DNA from: Octopus vulgaris
Lineage: Eukaryota
Assembly: GCA_951406725.2 (NCBI GenBank)
Contig: OX597821.1
Coordinates: forward strand, 1,426,001 to 1,490,000
Direction: 5' to 3'
DNA: 64,000 bases
Notes under the pieces: generated by a model
The model's database searches: none
The model's input: the letters and a program-made list of their open reading frames with translations, nothing else
What the model was told of the DNA's origin: nothing
Shown: positions 1-13,596 of the stretch, one piece after another
Layout: each line of letters starts with the position of its first letter
How positions within the stretch are numbered: the first letter of the stretch is position 1
Position numbers and translations under genes: made by a program

Positions 1-156
1 TATCAATCTCAGTGCGTGACTGGTACGTATTTAATCGACCCCGAAAGGATGAAAGGCAAAGTCGACCTCGGTGGAATTTAACTCAGAACGTAGAGGCTGA
101 CGAAACATCTCTAAGCATTTCGCCCGGCCTGCTAACGATTCTACCAGCTCGCCGCC
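1..156 (-). mobile_element. SINE family A (tRNA-derived head plus Meta-domain-like core), truncated by window edge
   Basis: Reverse complement reads ggcggcgagctggtagaatcgttagc...gttctgagttaaattccaccgaggtcgactttgcctttcatcctttcggggtcgattaaatacgtaccag, the same as the + copies at 2693, 24809 and 52574. Confidence 0.85.
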
Positions 157-1934
157 TTTAGAGTTAGTATTATGCAAAACTTTATCTTCGCCGTTTTCTT
201 GTTTGTTCTTTATTTTACATTTATCCTATTTAAATATTCAAATAGGATAAAATTTACCTAATGTATGTTACAGATGTCTGCGTTCGTTCGAAGCCGATTA
301 TTCACTGCATCCCTACTCTGAGTTCTAGGCAGCGTATCATCGTTCCGAACACAATGCGATGTGAGGAATTTGGATATGAATCACCTCCGTATCGGAAGTT
401 GTAGCATCTGATTTTCATTGGTTAGCTTTAGTCAGATCATAAGACACACTACGAAATGATGACTAGCTGGTTCCTGATATGTTGTCTTTCAGACACTAAT
501 TCTACCAGCGTAGACTGCTAGAATTAAGGAGTCGATCGTTGTCAAGTGATTTATTGTGGCAGTCTTCTAAACCAGACAAGATGAGTCTGCATGTGACTGG
601 TGTGTGAAGAATGCCATTCCTAATATGGGTATTCTGAAGACCCAATTCAAGTCTGATGCAAAATATTGTAATCATCACCATTCCGTGTTTTCGTTACCTT
701 TGTTTTTCTTGTTGTGTATTTCACACCCACACAATTCAGCATATTATTCGGTATTCTCGTCATTCATATGTGATTTGTGGGAATATCTGGTGCTACTTCT
801 AGCAAATTCAGCATCAACATTTCAAATCTCTTGTTGGTGCCACGAGTAAATGCTATAAATCATTGATACATGCCTGATAAGATGAAAGCTGTTTCTCTGC
901 AGGTGACTTATAATACAAGAAAGAACATGTACAGAGTTATCTCCCGTACTTTACGGTATAATTAAAATAATGTTATACATTGGCAATACATTTCTTTTAA
1001 CGAGCGTTTAATTAGTTCCAATCGTGCCAATTATCTAGCTAATGTTCGCTACATGAAATATGTTTTAACTAACTTAACGATCAATGGACAGATTTGACTT
1101 AAACATTTTGAAGACAGACGAATTTAGCGCAGACCAATAGCCACACACATAACTTCAGAAGTGGGACCTGGTAAGCTTACATTTTAATTATCTCTGATAT
1201 TTGCTGACTGTATCCATGCATAATTACTACTGAGATTTAACGAAATCATTATTAGACTTCTGTTGGAGATGCTGGTTGAGTTGTCACAGAAATCAGATGT
1301 ATGTTTGGTTAGCTAATATGCTTGAAGCAGAATTAATACTCATTTGATCAAAGACAGAAGCTGAGAAAAATAATTCCACGCCAAAATTTTGCTATGTTCT
1401 TGCTAAGCAGATCAACATACAGACACGTGTACGCACATACTGGGTAGCACAAAGAACAGATTTGCATATATTTCTATATACAGATATGGATATATATTAA
1501 CATATTGACAGTTAATTACACGCAGGAATATCTACATACATACATATATATGCATATACACATGCATATATAAAAGTGAATTATGCATGCATGCATGTAT
1601 GTTTTTATATATGTATGTATGAATCTATATATCTGTCTATCTATATACATACATACACACATATATATTTATTTTTGTGTGCATATACAAACACACACAT
1701 ATATATATACTTCTGTGTATATACATATACATATGTATATGTATGTTTTGGGTGCATATACATATATATGTTTGTACGTATTTCAAGCATATATGCGCAT
1801 ATTCAGAAACGTGCGCACAAACATACGCATACATACTGTTATTTAGATATATAAGTATACGCAATTGAAACAGCATTAAATTAAAATCGACATCTGTGTA
1901 TCAAGCTAAATGTATATATATTTCCTCGTATATA

Positions 1935-2078
1935 TATCATTTCCTTGTGTTCCTCTCTGGTGAAGAGCGTAGGCTCGAAACGTAAAAGACTTTCTCACCT
2001 TCACGAGCGTCAAACTAATACACCTGATTGTTGTTTATACACCTGTCTTCGTCTTTTGTTTTTCTGTAAATTTCAATT
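1935..2078 (+). mobile_element. Penelope-like 3' tail fragment (family E) with variant hammerhead at 1953-1988
   Basis: ctggtgaagagcgtaggctcgaaacgtaaaagac, shared with 11508, 19712 and 41596; the last copy lies downstream of a GIY-YIG ORF. Confidence 0.7.
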
Positions 2079-2692
2079 GAAAGTATATTAAATGTATGAT
2101 GCAAGGAAATTTTTGGAAATAAAATCTCTTCATAGCTTTTGCGTCTTAAAAAGACAATATGTATCGGAGTGAAACGAACGTCATCGCTTCTGTAACTGAC
2201 GAGACGGACGCATCTCGCCTTCTTTTAATGCTTGTGAATGCTTTGCACTCGAACGAGTATGAGGGGTTTTATCCCAGTAAATTCCACATGAGGCGTAGTG
2301 CAGTGTGTCTATTTGTATATTTGGTGCCAGAGTACCAATGGTTGTAAAAGCGAGCTGTTTTGCTGCACAGTAAAGCATATGAGCAAAATAATGAACGGAT
2401 ATTCATAGATGGAAAGCCTTCAATTAAAAATCGGTTCACTCACGGATCTCTCGGCTGAACGCAAGCTAAATCTGTAATATGCAAGTGGCTAAGAAGTGTT
2501 AGCCGAAGGACTCCCAGGTGTAATAACATGGATACAGTCCGGGCTCCTTAAATTGTAAGAAGGACCGAAACACTTGCCTCAGATGGTATTCTTCTCTAAA
2601 GACCTTCAACTACTCAGCGCTCTGGAATGTGTCTTACCACTGGAGCAACTTATGAAGCCACAAGTCTTTCAATATTCTCAGAATTTTAAAAC

Positions 2693-3250
2693 TGCGAGCT
2701 GGCAGGAACGTTAGCGCGTCGGGCGAAATGCTTAGCGGTATTTCGTCTGCTGCTACGTTCTGAGTTCAAATTCCGCCGAGGTCGGGCTCGATAAATTAAG
2801 TACCAGTTACGCACTGGGGTCGATGTAATCGACTTCCGTTTGTCTGTCCTTGTTTGTCCCCTCTGTGTTTGGCCCCTTGTGGGTAGAAAAGAAATAGGCA
2901 TTTCGTCTGCCGCTACGTTCTGAGTTCAAATTCCGCCGAGGTCAACTTTGCCTTTCATTCTTTCGGGGTCGATTAAATAAGTACCAGTTACGCACTGGGG
3001 TTGATATAATCGACTTAATCCGTTTGTCTGTCCTTGTTTGTCCTTTCTGTGTTTAGCTCCTTGTGGGTAGTAAAGAAATAGGTATTTCATCTGTCTTTAC
3101 GATCTGAATTCAAATTCTGCCGAGGTCTACTTTGCCTTTCATCCTTTCGGGGTAGATATATTATGTACCAGTTGCGCACTTGGGTCGATCTAATCGACTG
3201 GACCCCTTCCTTCCAAAAATATTTCGGGACTTGTGCCTAGAGTATAAAAA
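2693..3250 (+). mobile_element. SINE family A with three tandem internal units
   Basis: A-box-like gagctggcaggaacgttagc; unit ggtatttcgtctgc..gttctgagttcaaattccgccgaggtc..gtaccagttacgcactggggtcgat restarts at ~2737, ~2897 and ~3081. Confidence 0.85.
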
Positions 3251-3757
3251 AAAATTTCTCAGAATTTAATATGCATTTATTTTCTGAAAAGTTATATTTA
3301 GAAGGAAAACCAAATTATGTACCAAAGTTACTTGCTGTATTTTAATTTATTACAATTTCCTTTTCAGAGATGTATGTACGCTCGTGTGCGTGTATGTATG
3401 CATGAATGTATATATATATATATATAGATGTGTGCGTATGTTTGTGTTTGTATTGTGTGTATGAGTATGCAAATTTTTATCTGTGTTTATGAATGTAGGT
3501 ATATATGTATGCGCGTATATATGTATCAATATGTCATATATGTGAGTGTGTGTATACATACATGCATATATATATGTGTGCGTATCCTCATACGCACTCA
3601 CACACACTCACATGCACATGTTTGTGTGTATTTAGACAAAGGTGATTTCGGTACCTTGAAAAGCAAAATGGCAAATATCTTGACATTAAAAGAAAAATTA
3701 AAACGAAAGAAGTAGACAGTTAACGCAACGAAATAGAAGGAAGCAAGGAAACGTGTA

Positions 3758-3795
<38 letters not shown>

Positions 3796-4166
3796 CCTAA
3801 TGCTGAAAAAAGAAAAATTTAAATTAAATAAAACAAAGAGAGCAAACCGAAAACAACTTCCGACATTGAAATGAAGGAAGGTGGAGGATATATCTGAGAG
3901 AGGAGAGAGAGAGAGAGAGAGAGAGAAAGGGAAGAGGATAAAGTGGTATGGAAGGGGGGGGGGTTAAGAGAGTGAAAATGAGCGAAAAAGAGGGAATGAA
4001 AGGGGAAATTACCGTTAAGGAAATGCGTTGCAGCAAATTAAATGAAATGCACAAAATTTTACATAATGGAAATATATGTACATATTACACGTATAAATCT
4101 GTATGTATATATACATATATATATTTATATAGTTATATATATACACACACATATATCTGCCTATGC

Positions 4167-4198
<32 letters not shown>

Positions 4199-4251
4199 AT
4201 ACTTAGATTTGTATACAATACATATATATATATTATATATGATAATAATAA

Positions 4252-4326
4252 TATGAGGGAATATTATTCCAAACTTACAGGGAAAAATTCGATTTAGAAA
4301 TATTAAATGAAATTTCCCAAAATATA

Positions 4327-4376
<50 letters not shown>

Positions 4377-4722
4377 TAGAAAAAGACCTTTTATCAATTC
4401 AATTCAATAATGAAAAAAATTAAATTATACCATCTAGAAAAAATTACATCTTATAGAAAGATTAAATATAAGATAAAACTTACACCAATGATTAAGTAAT
4501 GTGCAAAATAATAAATAAAACCTATATATTTCGTAGAATAACTACACGTGTTTCGTGGCTATATTCTACCAAATATATACGTTTTAATTACGATTTTGCA
4601 CATTACATAATCATTGGTATCAGTTTTATCTTATATTTAATCTTTCTATAAGATGAATTGTTTTCTAGATCGTATAATTTAATTTTTCATTAATGATTGA
4701 TGAAAGGTGTGTTTTTTTTCAA
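4252..4722. mobile_element. AT-rich fold-back element (family G) with hammerhead remnant at its centre
   Basis: Inverted arms ~4379-4540 and ~4562-4720; the centre reads ccacGAAACacgtGTAgtta on -; homologous to 35162-35460 and 37103-37380. Confidence 0.75.
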
Positions 4723-4756
4723 ATATATATTATATATAAATAATAATATATATACA

Positions 4757-4966
4757 TGTGACCGCGTGTGAATCGTTGGCGATTTTTCCCGCCGTCTTCC
4801 GTTCCTTGGATCTTTCCTTTTCCTATGTTTCTGACGAAGAGCTCCACTCGAAACGCTAAATCCTCCTCCTTTCTTTCCTTTCCTGAGCGTCCAATAACAC
4901 TATACTTGTTCCACTTCCTCACGTTGTTGTGTTTTCTCTTTGTGTTTTCATGCTAGGATTAACTAT
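4757..4966 (+). mobile_element. Penelope-like tail fragment (family D) with minimal hammerhead at 4827-4860
   Basis: gttt-CTGACGA-a-gag ctcca ctc-GAAA-cg-ct-aaat (U16.1 mutated); other copies at 41750-41940 and 63705-63822; flanked by (TA)n. Confidence 0.65.
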
Positions 4967-5477
4967 ACATATATATATATATATATATATATGTATAAGG
5001 GTGAAAAGGAACACACGAGTTGATATATATGAAAAAACATCTTGACTTGTTTTTTCGTATATATATATATATATATATATATATGGGCATATGGGCGTAT
5101 GAGTATGAGTGCGTGTGTATGTATGTGTGTAGACGTGCGTGTGCATGTATATGTTCAAAGTTAATGTAGATTGTACGTATAATCGTGAACTAATTTCCAA
5201 GTTCCTACACCGGCCAACGATCACATGCATACATATATGCACATAGATGCATACATGGAGAGGCACATGGCCACATATTTACGTATGCGGAAGCATGAAA
5301 CAATCTGGCTGTATGGTTTCTTTACAACATCGTTTCATGTTCGGTCTCACCTCGTATCAACTTGTGCAAGGGTCTCCTAATGGTCTTGAACTTCAAAATT
5401 TTTAATAGAATTCAGCTATTGGAAATTGCGCGCAATTCTTTATAAACACACACACACACACACGTACATATTTGTAT

Positions 5478-5513
<36 letters not shown>

Positions 5514-5535
5514 TGGTGTGTGTGTGTGTGCGTGC

Positions 5536-5566
<31 letters not shown>

Positions 5567-5999
5567 CATGTGTGTGTGTGTGCATGTGTGTGTGTGTGCA
5601 TGTGTATGTATGTATGTATATATATACTGGAGTCGATTTGGTCGACTAAGATCTTGAAGGTGCCGTCCCTCCGTGACCGCAATTCTTTGACCGAAACAAT
5701 AAGGTAAAATGGTAAATGATGAAAAGTATATGTACACACATAGACACATACACACACACATGTATATATGTATGTTTGCTTTACGATTTTCCCTGTCTTC
5801 CTAACGGGCCAATCACTCCCGCCGGCATCCGGGTCTTGAATTAATAGACGGATGTGAGTTTCTTGAATAAGATCCTTTACCAAATGATAACAACAGAATC
5901 AAGTGGGTAAATGAATTTCATAATTAAACAGAGAGGGGGAACGAAAGAGAAGTAGGGAAGGGAGTTAGGGTAGAGCGGAATTGAGAATAGACGAGAGGG

Positions 6000-6253
6000 T
6001 TGTTTGTTCCGTCTCGAGCGGTACCTGGTTCATAAGGGCCGGTTTCCCAGCTTCATGGCGTATAGGTTCCCCACCTGTACGGGACGCCGGTCCATTTCAA
6101 GTGAACTGGTGGAAAGAGAAAATAAAGGCGAAAGAGTCAGCAGAAGTTCGGTGTTTCGCTCATAAATACACACACATCGCCCGGTCTGAGATTCGAATCT
6201 GCGATCTCTCGACCGCGAGTCCGCTGCTCTAACAACTAGGCCATGTGCCTCCA
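6000..6253 (-). mobile_element. SINE family C (tRNA-derived head, body 2, tail T1-like)
   Basis: Minus strand tggaggcacatggcctagttgttagagcagcggactcgcggtcgagagatcgcagattcgaatctc, containing A and B boxes. Confidence 0.8.
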
Positions 6254-6712
6254 TAGACGAGAGCGTTAGTAACACAGAAGATTAAAATATAGAGAAGTGG
6301 AATGGAAGACAGAAAAAATTCTGACGAAATTTCTGTAGATTAATATATAAAAATATATATAAGATGGTTTTGATAGAAGATGATGAAAAAAAAAAAACAT
6401 ATAGAAAGAATCGGATAAAGATGATTTTCTGTGGAAAAAATGAAATAAAGATGATATAGACAAAGAAGATTTTCAGTTTGTTTTCTTTTATGAATAACTG
6501 ATTAACTATGGTTTGTATATGTGATTGATAAAAAATATATACACATAAAACATATATAGGCACGGGAGTGGCTGCGTGGTAAGAAGCTTCCTTCTCAACC
6601 ACCTGGTTCAGGGTCAAGTCTCACTGTGTGCCACGTTGGGCAAGTGCCTTCTCCTATAGCCTTGGGCCGACCAAAGTCTTGAGTAGATTTGGTATACGGA
6701 AACTGAAAGAAG

Positions 6713-6803
<91 letters not shown>

Positions 6804-6981
6804 ATAAATATTAGGGAATAAATCCAAATTTACAGGGAAAAAATCAGATTTAGGATTAAATCCAATTTTATAGTAAAATATTATATAATATTAATTCGAG
6901 ACAAAACCACTATTTTGCAAAACAAACAAGGAAAGACTTAATCAATACATAAAAATTTTGTTAATATAAAGAAATAAACCG

Positions 6982-7024
6982 CCACTACAATCGTTTCATG
7001 TCTTCAATGACATTCGTCAGGTGG
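6982..7024 (-). ncRNA. Type I minimal hammerhead ribozyme motif (canonical core)
   Basis: Exact reverse complement of 7061-7103. Confidence 0.85.
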
Positions 7025-7060
7025 ATTTTCGATCTCCTAATCTGTTTTAATTTATGAAAT

Positions 7061-7103
7061 CCACCTGACGAATGTCATTGAAGACATGAAACGATTGTAG
7101 TGG
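7061..7103 (+). ncRNA. Type I minimal hammerhead ribozyme motif (canonical core)
   Basis: ccac | CTGACGA | atgtc-attgaa-gacat | GAAA | c-gatt-g | TA | gtgg: stems I, II and III pair; GUA triplet, predicted cut after 7099. Confidence 0.85.
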
Positions 7104-7470
7104 CGGTTTATTTCTTTATATTAAAAAAAGTTTTATGCATTGATTAAGTCTTTCCTTGTTTGTTTTGCAAAATAGTGGTTTTGTCTCGAATTAATATTAT
7201 ACATATATATATATATATATAAATATATAGGCTTCTTGACAACTGATGTTGGTGTGTTTATGTCCCCGTAACTTAGCGGCTCGGCAAAAGAGCCCAATAG
7301 AATAAGTATAAGGCTTATAAAGAATAAGCCCTGGGGTCGATTTGCTCGACTAAAGGCGATGCTCCAGCATAGACACAGACAAATTACTGAAAGAAATAAA
7401 AGAATAAAGGAATATATACATGCATACGCAAACACACACACGCGCACATATGCTTGTATACATATATAGG

Positions 7471-7533
<63 letters not shown>

Positions 7534-7756
7534 AATATAGCAATTAAGGACAACTACTTAATAAGGAAAACTTAACAAGAAATTGTCAGGTAGATAGTGT
7601 GAAAACCTCATAAGAGAAAAAATTTCGAAAATAATTATTTCTTATTGAACATATTAATTTATATAGAGAGGGCATTATACATACATGCCAGATGGCATTA
7701 TACATACATGCCACACGCTAAGAGGGACAATTAGTCATTTCTACATCTGAAGGCAT

Positions 7757-7910
7757 TTCTTCTTCTTCTTCTTCTTCTTCTTCTTCTTCTTCTTCTTCTT
7801 CTTCTTCTTCTTCTCCTTCTTCCTCCTCCTTCTCCTCCTCCTCCTCCTCCTCCTCTTCTTCTTCTTCCTCATCTTCCCCCTCCTCTTCTTCTTTCTTTTC
7901 TTCTTCTTCA
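7757..7910. repeat. (TTC)n/(TCC)n microsatellite
   Basis: Direct reading; source of the poly-E ORF. Confidence 0.95.
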
Positions 7911-7914
7911 CATG

Positions 7915-8420
7915 CTGTTTTCAAATTCTGATGAAATCGACTTTGTCTCTCATCTTCTTCTTCCTCAATATAAGAACCTGTTAAAAGTTGGTGGTGGGGG
8001 TAGTTTCGATGTAATCGACTCGTCCCCTCCCCCACAAATTTCAGGCGTTGTGCCTTTAGTTGAAGCTGTATTTCACCTGCCCCTCTGTTTTGGGTTCAAA
8101 TTCCGCCGAGGTAGACTTTGCTTTATATGTTTTCGGGGGTGGGGGTCAATATATTAATTACCAGTGAAACACTGGGCTCAATCTAATCGACTATCCCACC
8201 CCATTCCAGCAAATTTCAGGCCTTGTGCCTATAGTAGAAAGGATTATTATTATAAAACAGCAAACTGGTTGAATCCATAGCGTAGCGGTTAAAATACTCA
8301 GCAGCCTTACTTTCGGGATTTTGCATTGTGAGTTCAAATTCTACCGATGTCTACTTTGTCTTTCATAATTGTGGGGTCGATAAAATAAATACTACTTGAA
8401 CTCTGTGGGGAATGTGTAAC
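7915..8420 (+). mobile_element. Cluster of degenerate SINE A copies
   Basis: ttcaaattccgccgaggtagactttgc (8095) and gagttcaaattctaccgatgtctactttg (8330). Confidence 0.7.
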
Positions 8421-8526
8421 TGGATTCAACGATCTAGGTCAAATTCGATTGTATATACTGACACATCGATTTATATAAAATAAATTTATAAAAAAAATTT
8501 GATTTTTAGATATATTCTTAGATAAC

Positions 8527-8691
8527 AGGCACAGGGGTGGGTTTGTGGTAAGAAGCTTGCTTCCCTGCCACATGGATCTGGGTTCAAACCCACTGCGTGG
8601 CACCTTCGACAGAAGTTTTCTGCTATAACCACGTTTCGAACAAAGCCTTGTGAGTGGATTCGGTAAAAAGAAACTGAAAGAAGCCCGTCTC

Positions 8692-8723
<32 letters not shown>

Positions 8724-8905
8724 ATAAATATGTGTGTGCATGTGTGTGTGTGTGTAAATATATGTGTGCATGTGTGTGCATGTGTGTGTGTCTGTGCGTA
8801 TGTCTGTGTATGTTCCCCTTCACTGTTTGAAAACCAGTATTGGGGTCGATATATTCGACTAAGAATTCTTGAAGGCGGTGCTCCAGCATGGCTGCAGTCA
8901 AATGT
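8527..8905 (+). mobile_element. SINE family B
   Basis: Head ggtttgtggtaagaagcttgc..., internal (TG)n, tail ggcggtgctccagcatggctgcagtcaaatg. Confidence 0.85.
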
Positions 8906-9583
8906 CTGGAGCAAAATGTGTCTCTACTCTTAAAACGAAAATTACGCGTAGCGCGTTATTTGGTTGCCATTTCTAGTAATTGTAGCAACTATGGAGATGC
9001 TCCTTCGTTGAAAAGTTCACAAATTATTTAATACTGACTGATGCTATGAAGAGAAACTATAATTTACCTTTATCCAGAGAGAGAAAAATAGGTAAGTGTA
9101 TCGACGTCCGTCTGTTAAAGATTTCATTACTGAGATAAAGTGAGGGCTCCATTGTCATGGAGAGGGATTTTTTCTTTGTTGTCTTCCATAAATATATCCT
9201 TTTATATCATGAATATGATTTAGTCGTAGACTATATCATAGCTGTGTAATCAGAGGCTTTCTTCTATTATCGATCTACCTAATTTATTGCATTTCCCCCC
9301 CTTATCGATCAACGGTATTTGTAGCGTTTATTACATCGGATTTTGTTCCAGTTATGACTGGTCCGCCATTGATCTGATCCCTTTTGTTGTCGTTCTCATA
9401 TATTCCCCATTTATCAATTGATGTGTCCTGACAAAAATATAATATATTCATTGCAGTCTTTCTGTTATCGCTCCATTTTGGTTGTGTATATATATATATA
9501 TATATATATAAAAGTTTGTGTATATATTTGTAAGTCTGTCTCTATTTCTCTCTATTCACACACGTATATATATATGTATACAT

Positions 9584-9638
<55 letters not shown>

Positions 9639-10742
9639 TACACCCATGCACGCACGCTCACATACATATACGCAGACATCGATTCGTCCCTGTTTCCGTC
9701 TCTATTCCTGTCCCTGTTTTCATTATCGAAACAGATCAATAGCAGCAATGGTTTCATTACATCTGACTCGTTTTAAAATTATTTACTATATCGACCTACA
9801 ACATTTATATTAAGTTTCATCTAATTGATTTAGTTTTAACTGACAGACTATTGATCCGCTTTAGTAGTATCCATTAGCAAAGAGAGAGAAATCAGAGATT
9901 GAACTTTGACAATTCTACAGTTATTTCTTAAACCATAGACTTTATAACACATGTATGATAGCAATCTTTCTTATCAATGTTTCATCTGTAAGTTTTCTGT
10001 GTTAAGTAGAAACCTATACGCTATATGTTATGCTGTATTCATCGTACCACGTTTTAGCACATATCTATATGTGCTACGCTTTCCATCGAGTTGTCTTTTA
10101 TATCAATATTTCGTTTTATTTGCTGCAATAAACTTCTATATTATGTAAAATGGACCTCCGTCGAATTCGTCCATGAGGACTCAGTTGTTCAGTCAGTTGA
10201 ATTTTACGGTTTATGGAGTTGGCATATAATGATTTGAGCGTTCCACAATCAGGTGTGACCTGAGCGTATTTCTGAGATTGAATCACCGTGACACAGGCTG
10301 TTATAAGCCTCTGCTTTTAAATCGTAGCTACAAACCATTCAGTGGGTTTCCGCACATTTCTTATCTATCCAGTTTCAATCACAAACGTTTGGCTTGACCC
10401 GAGGCAAAACCAATAGACACTCGCTCAAGATGTCAAGCGATGGGATCAAACATCGGATTTTGCGATTGCCTTGCGACTGTTCGACCATGCTGCTTGCACA
10501 ACCTTAATTAAATGAAGGTGAGCTATATTCTCAACCCACCTACAAGAACCTATTGAGGGCAACATTTTCAAGTTGTATAGTCGTAAATTGTATGGTGGCT
10601 CTAAATGATCTCGAAAGTAAAGCGTCTGAGTATTTTATCCGCCAAGCTATGGATTCAACCTACTGTAAATAAAATATGTAGCTTCTTCTAAATGTGTTAA
10701 TGTATTGAGTGTCGTTTTCTTTACTTTGTCAACTCACTCGTA

Positions 10743-10799
<57 letters not shown>

Positions 10800-11252
10800 C
10801 AGTGTGTCTGTGCGTGTATTCTCATTATAATCAAAGATGTAAGACTACGATAGTTTCGAATTACAACAGATATTTTCAAGTGCAAAATGTATTTTGCACT
10901 TCAAGATACCATGATTACGTTGAGATGGTTGTCGGTCTACGTCTTAAAATTTATATAGCGATGCGTTTGTATCCTGTATTGAATAGCAAATGTAAAGATG
11001 GGTATTTCACTGGTGTATATATATATATATCGTTGCTGTTATGTTAAAATGTCGTATGTCCAAATGTGACCAAATCCTATCAAAAGCCGATTCTTTTGGT
11101 CAAAGTATCGTATCTCCAGCTGCTTCAGATGCCAAGATAACAAAAATTGTCAAAGTGTAGTTCAATGGTTTTGTTATGGAGTAGTGAAACTATATTTTTT
11201 GCTTTCTGACAAAGCAACGTTTTGGACTTACGACACTTTTGCATAATAGCAA

Positions 11253-11331
<79 letters not shown>

Positions 11332-11377
11332 CATACATACATACATACATACATACATACATACATACATACATACA

Positions 11378-11413
<36 letters not shown>

Positions 11414-11420
11414 TATATAA

Positions 11421-11776
<356 letters not shown>

Positions 11777-12339
11777 TGCTTGCGTGTGTTGGGTTCGTGT
11801 TTTCTGCAGTGAAGGCGAGGAAGGAAGCGAACAATAAGAGCGACAACAGTTGGAGGAAAGGCAAATGGGTTGGGGGTTTATTTGTTAAAAGCGTTTCTGC
11901 AATAATTTGGGAAGTAGTCATATAGAGTAATTGTTAGGAAGATATTTGAAAAGTGATCAATACATTTAATTAGTTGTAAAAAGTTACTAACTAGTTCAAG
12001 CTGCGTCTCAAGTAAACGTTTTGTTACATAAGTGATTGTATAGCGTGGTATTCTATAGACGTGTCTTTAAACACAATTTTGAAAGAAATGAATTTGGTTG
12101 AACGAAAACGTATAAGGGATGCGTAGAATAAATTGTTTAAAAAAAAATTTATTGAAATAGAGACAAGTAAATTTTGCGCGAATATTTTTTAAAAGAAAAT
12201 ACATTTGAAGGGATTAGTTAAAAAGAGGAAATTCAATACTTTAAGCAATACAAGTATTGAGATGTAGGGAGAAAGAGCGATATGTTTTTAATTAGGAAGT
12301 GGGAAAAATGATTGTATGGAAATAATTTAATATGTACAT

Positions 12340-12623
12340 TACTCATGCAGCATAAATATCTGGATGAGAGCTGAAACCGGTTGGGATGGATCTTATCTAT
12401 TGAATTAAACGGGGGAGTATTTGTGATAAGAAGATACGGATCAAAGGATAGGAATGAGGTAAATATATAGGCGGACGTATCTGGTGGGAGATACCCACGT
12501 CAGTTGCATTCGGAAGCTTTGCTGATGTCGAGGGTGACAACATTGCATTCAATAAATTTCTCCAAAGGTTAGCGTATACCCATGTATTTATGTTGACTGT
12601 ACTGATGGTAATTAAAGGAAAGA

Positions 12624-12662
<39 letters not shown>

Positions 12663-13596
12663 GAGAGAGGAGAGAGAGAAGGGAAGAGAGAGTTCCAAGA
12701 TGTTGCACACTGTCATTGTTAACGGATGCCTCTTTTACTTCAGAGATGTTAGACGTGAGTCTGGACAGGGAGATAGTTGACAGGATAGAAGAGGTCACTT
12801 TTCTTAGGAATGGGAAACATTGTAACATATTTTCCTGCATCGAGGCAGAAGTTGAAAAAATTTGTGTCTGTAGGGACTGGATCTGTGTGTAATGGAAGAG
12901 ACCTAATTGCAACGAAGTGAAATGACCGAATACACGTTCGCATTTAGCAAGTTTTTGATGTACGTATGCGACCGGAAATGGTAAGATGGAGTAGAATTGG
13001 AGGCTTGCATCGGGTGTTTAGAGTAGAATTGACTGTGAAGGAGGAGAATAATGTTCTCAGGATCATCGTTTCTCTGAGGATTCTTCAAGGTTGGTGAAAA
13101 TGTTTTGGCAAGAGGCCAAATGGCTCGACCCACAGTTTGGATGACAGAATTGGTTGAAAGTTGTACTTTTCAGGAAGGGTATTGCGATTAGTGTCTTGGA
13201 GATGTTGTATTGTGGGTAAGCGCCACCCAGTTCGGGAGTAGGTGAGTTCCCCCATGCTTTATAAATTTTGCTTCTTAACTTAACAGCTTCTTTAGTTCTA
13301 GGAGTAAACAATTTGGGGGTACTCAAAACAATCGATTCCTGTGACAGAGATGTGTTGAGTCAGTTCACGAGGGAAGGTTACAGCTACACACTTTACTCTG
13401 TTGAAGCACACAACATACGCTAGGGTTATGGGGCGTATAGGCGGTAGAACTCCGGCTAGTTGGCTGGCTTGGAGCACCCTAGGGTACGGAGCGTAGGTAT
13501 TTCCCTGTGGAATGTAGGCGTGCATTAAGATAGTAACAAACAGGTAGTGATCAGATGACTCAGCAGAAATTATACACTTTTGTCTCTGGACGTGTG
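12340..13596 (-). pseudogene. Degenerate CR1/L2-group LINE fragment (end of APE endonuclease to N-terminal RT), interrupted by (AG)n
   Basis: Minus-strand pieces SSDHYL (APE end), FTPRTKEAVKLRSKIYKAW (linker), FPIPKKSDLFYPVNYLPV / LTSNISEV (RT start) and VTLDISKA; many frameshifts. Confidence 0.75.

Larger units (their letters stand above)
6803..7201. mobile_element. Fold-back element carrying two divergently oriented hammerheads
   Basis: Near-perfect inverted arms 6884-7028 and 7058-7201 with a ~29 bp spacer; left extension (gggaataaatccaaatttacagggaaaaaatc) resembles the family G terminus at 4257 and 35165. Confidence 0.85.
6558..7410 (+). mobile_element. SINE family B, split by a hammerhead fold-back element inserted in its internal (TA)n
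   Basis: Head 6558-6715 (gtggctgcgtggtaag...gttgggcaagtg...gaaactgaaagaagcc); tail 7232-7410 (cttgacaactgatgttggtgtg...gctccagcat). Confidence 0.85.

Noticed and set aside
266-979. Possible solo LTR (TGT...ACA)
   Set aside because: No target-site duplication, second LTR or internal domain seen.
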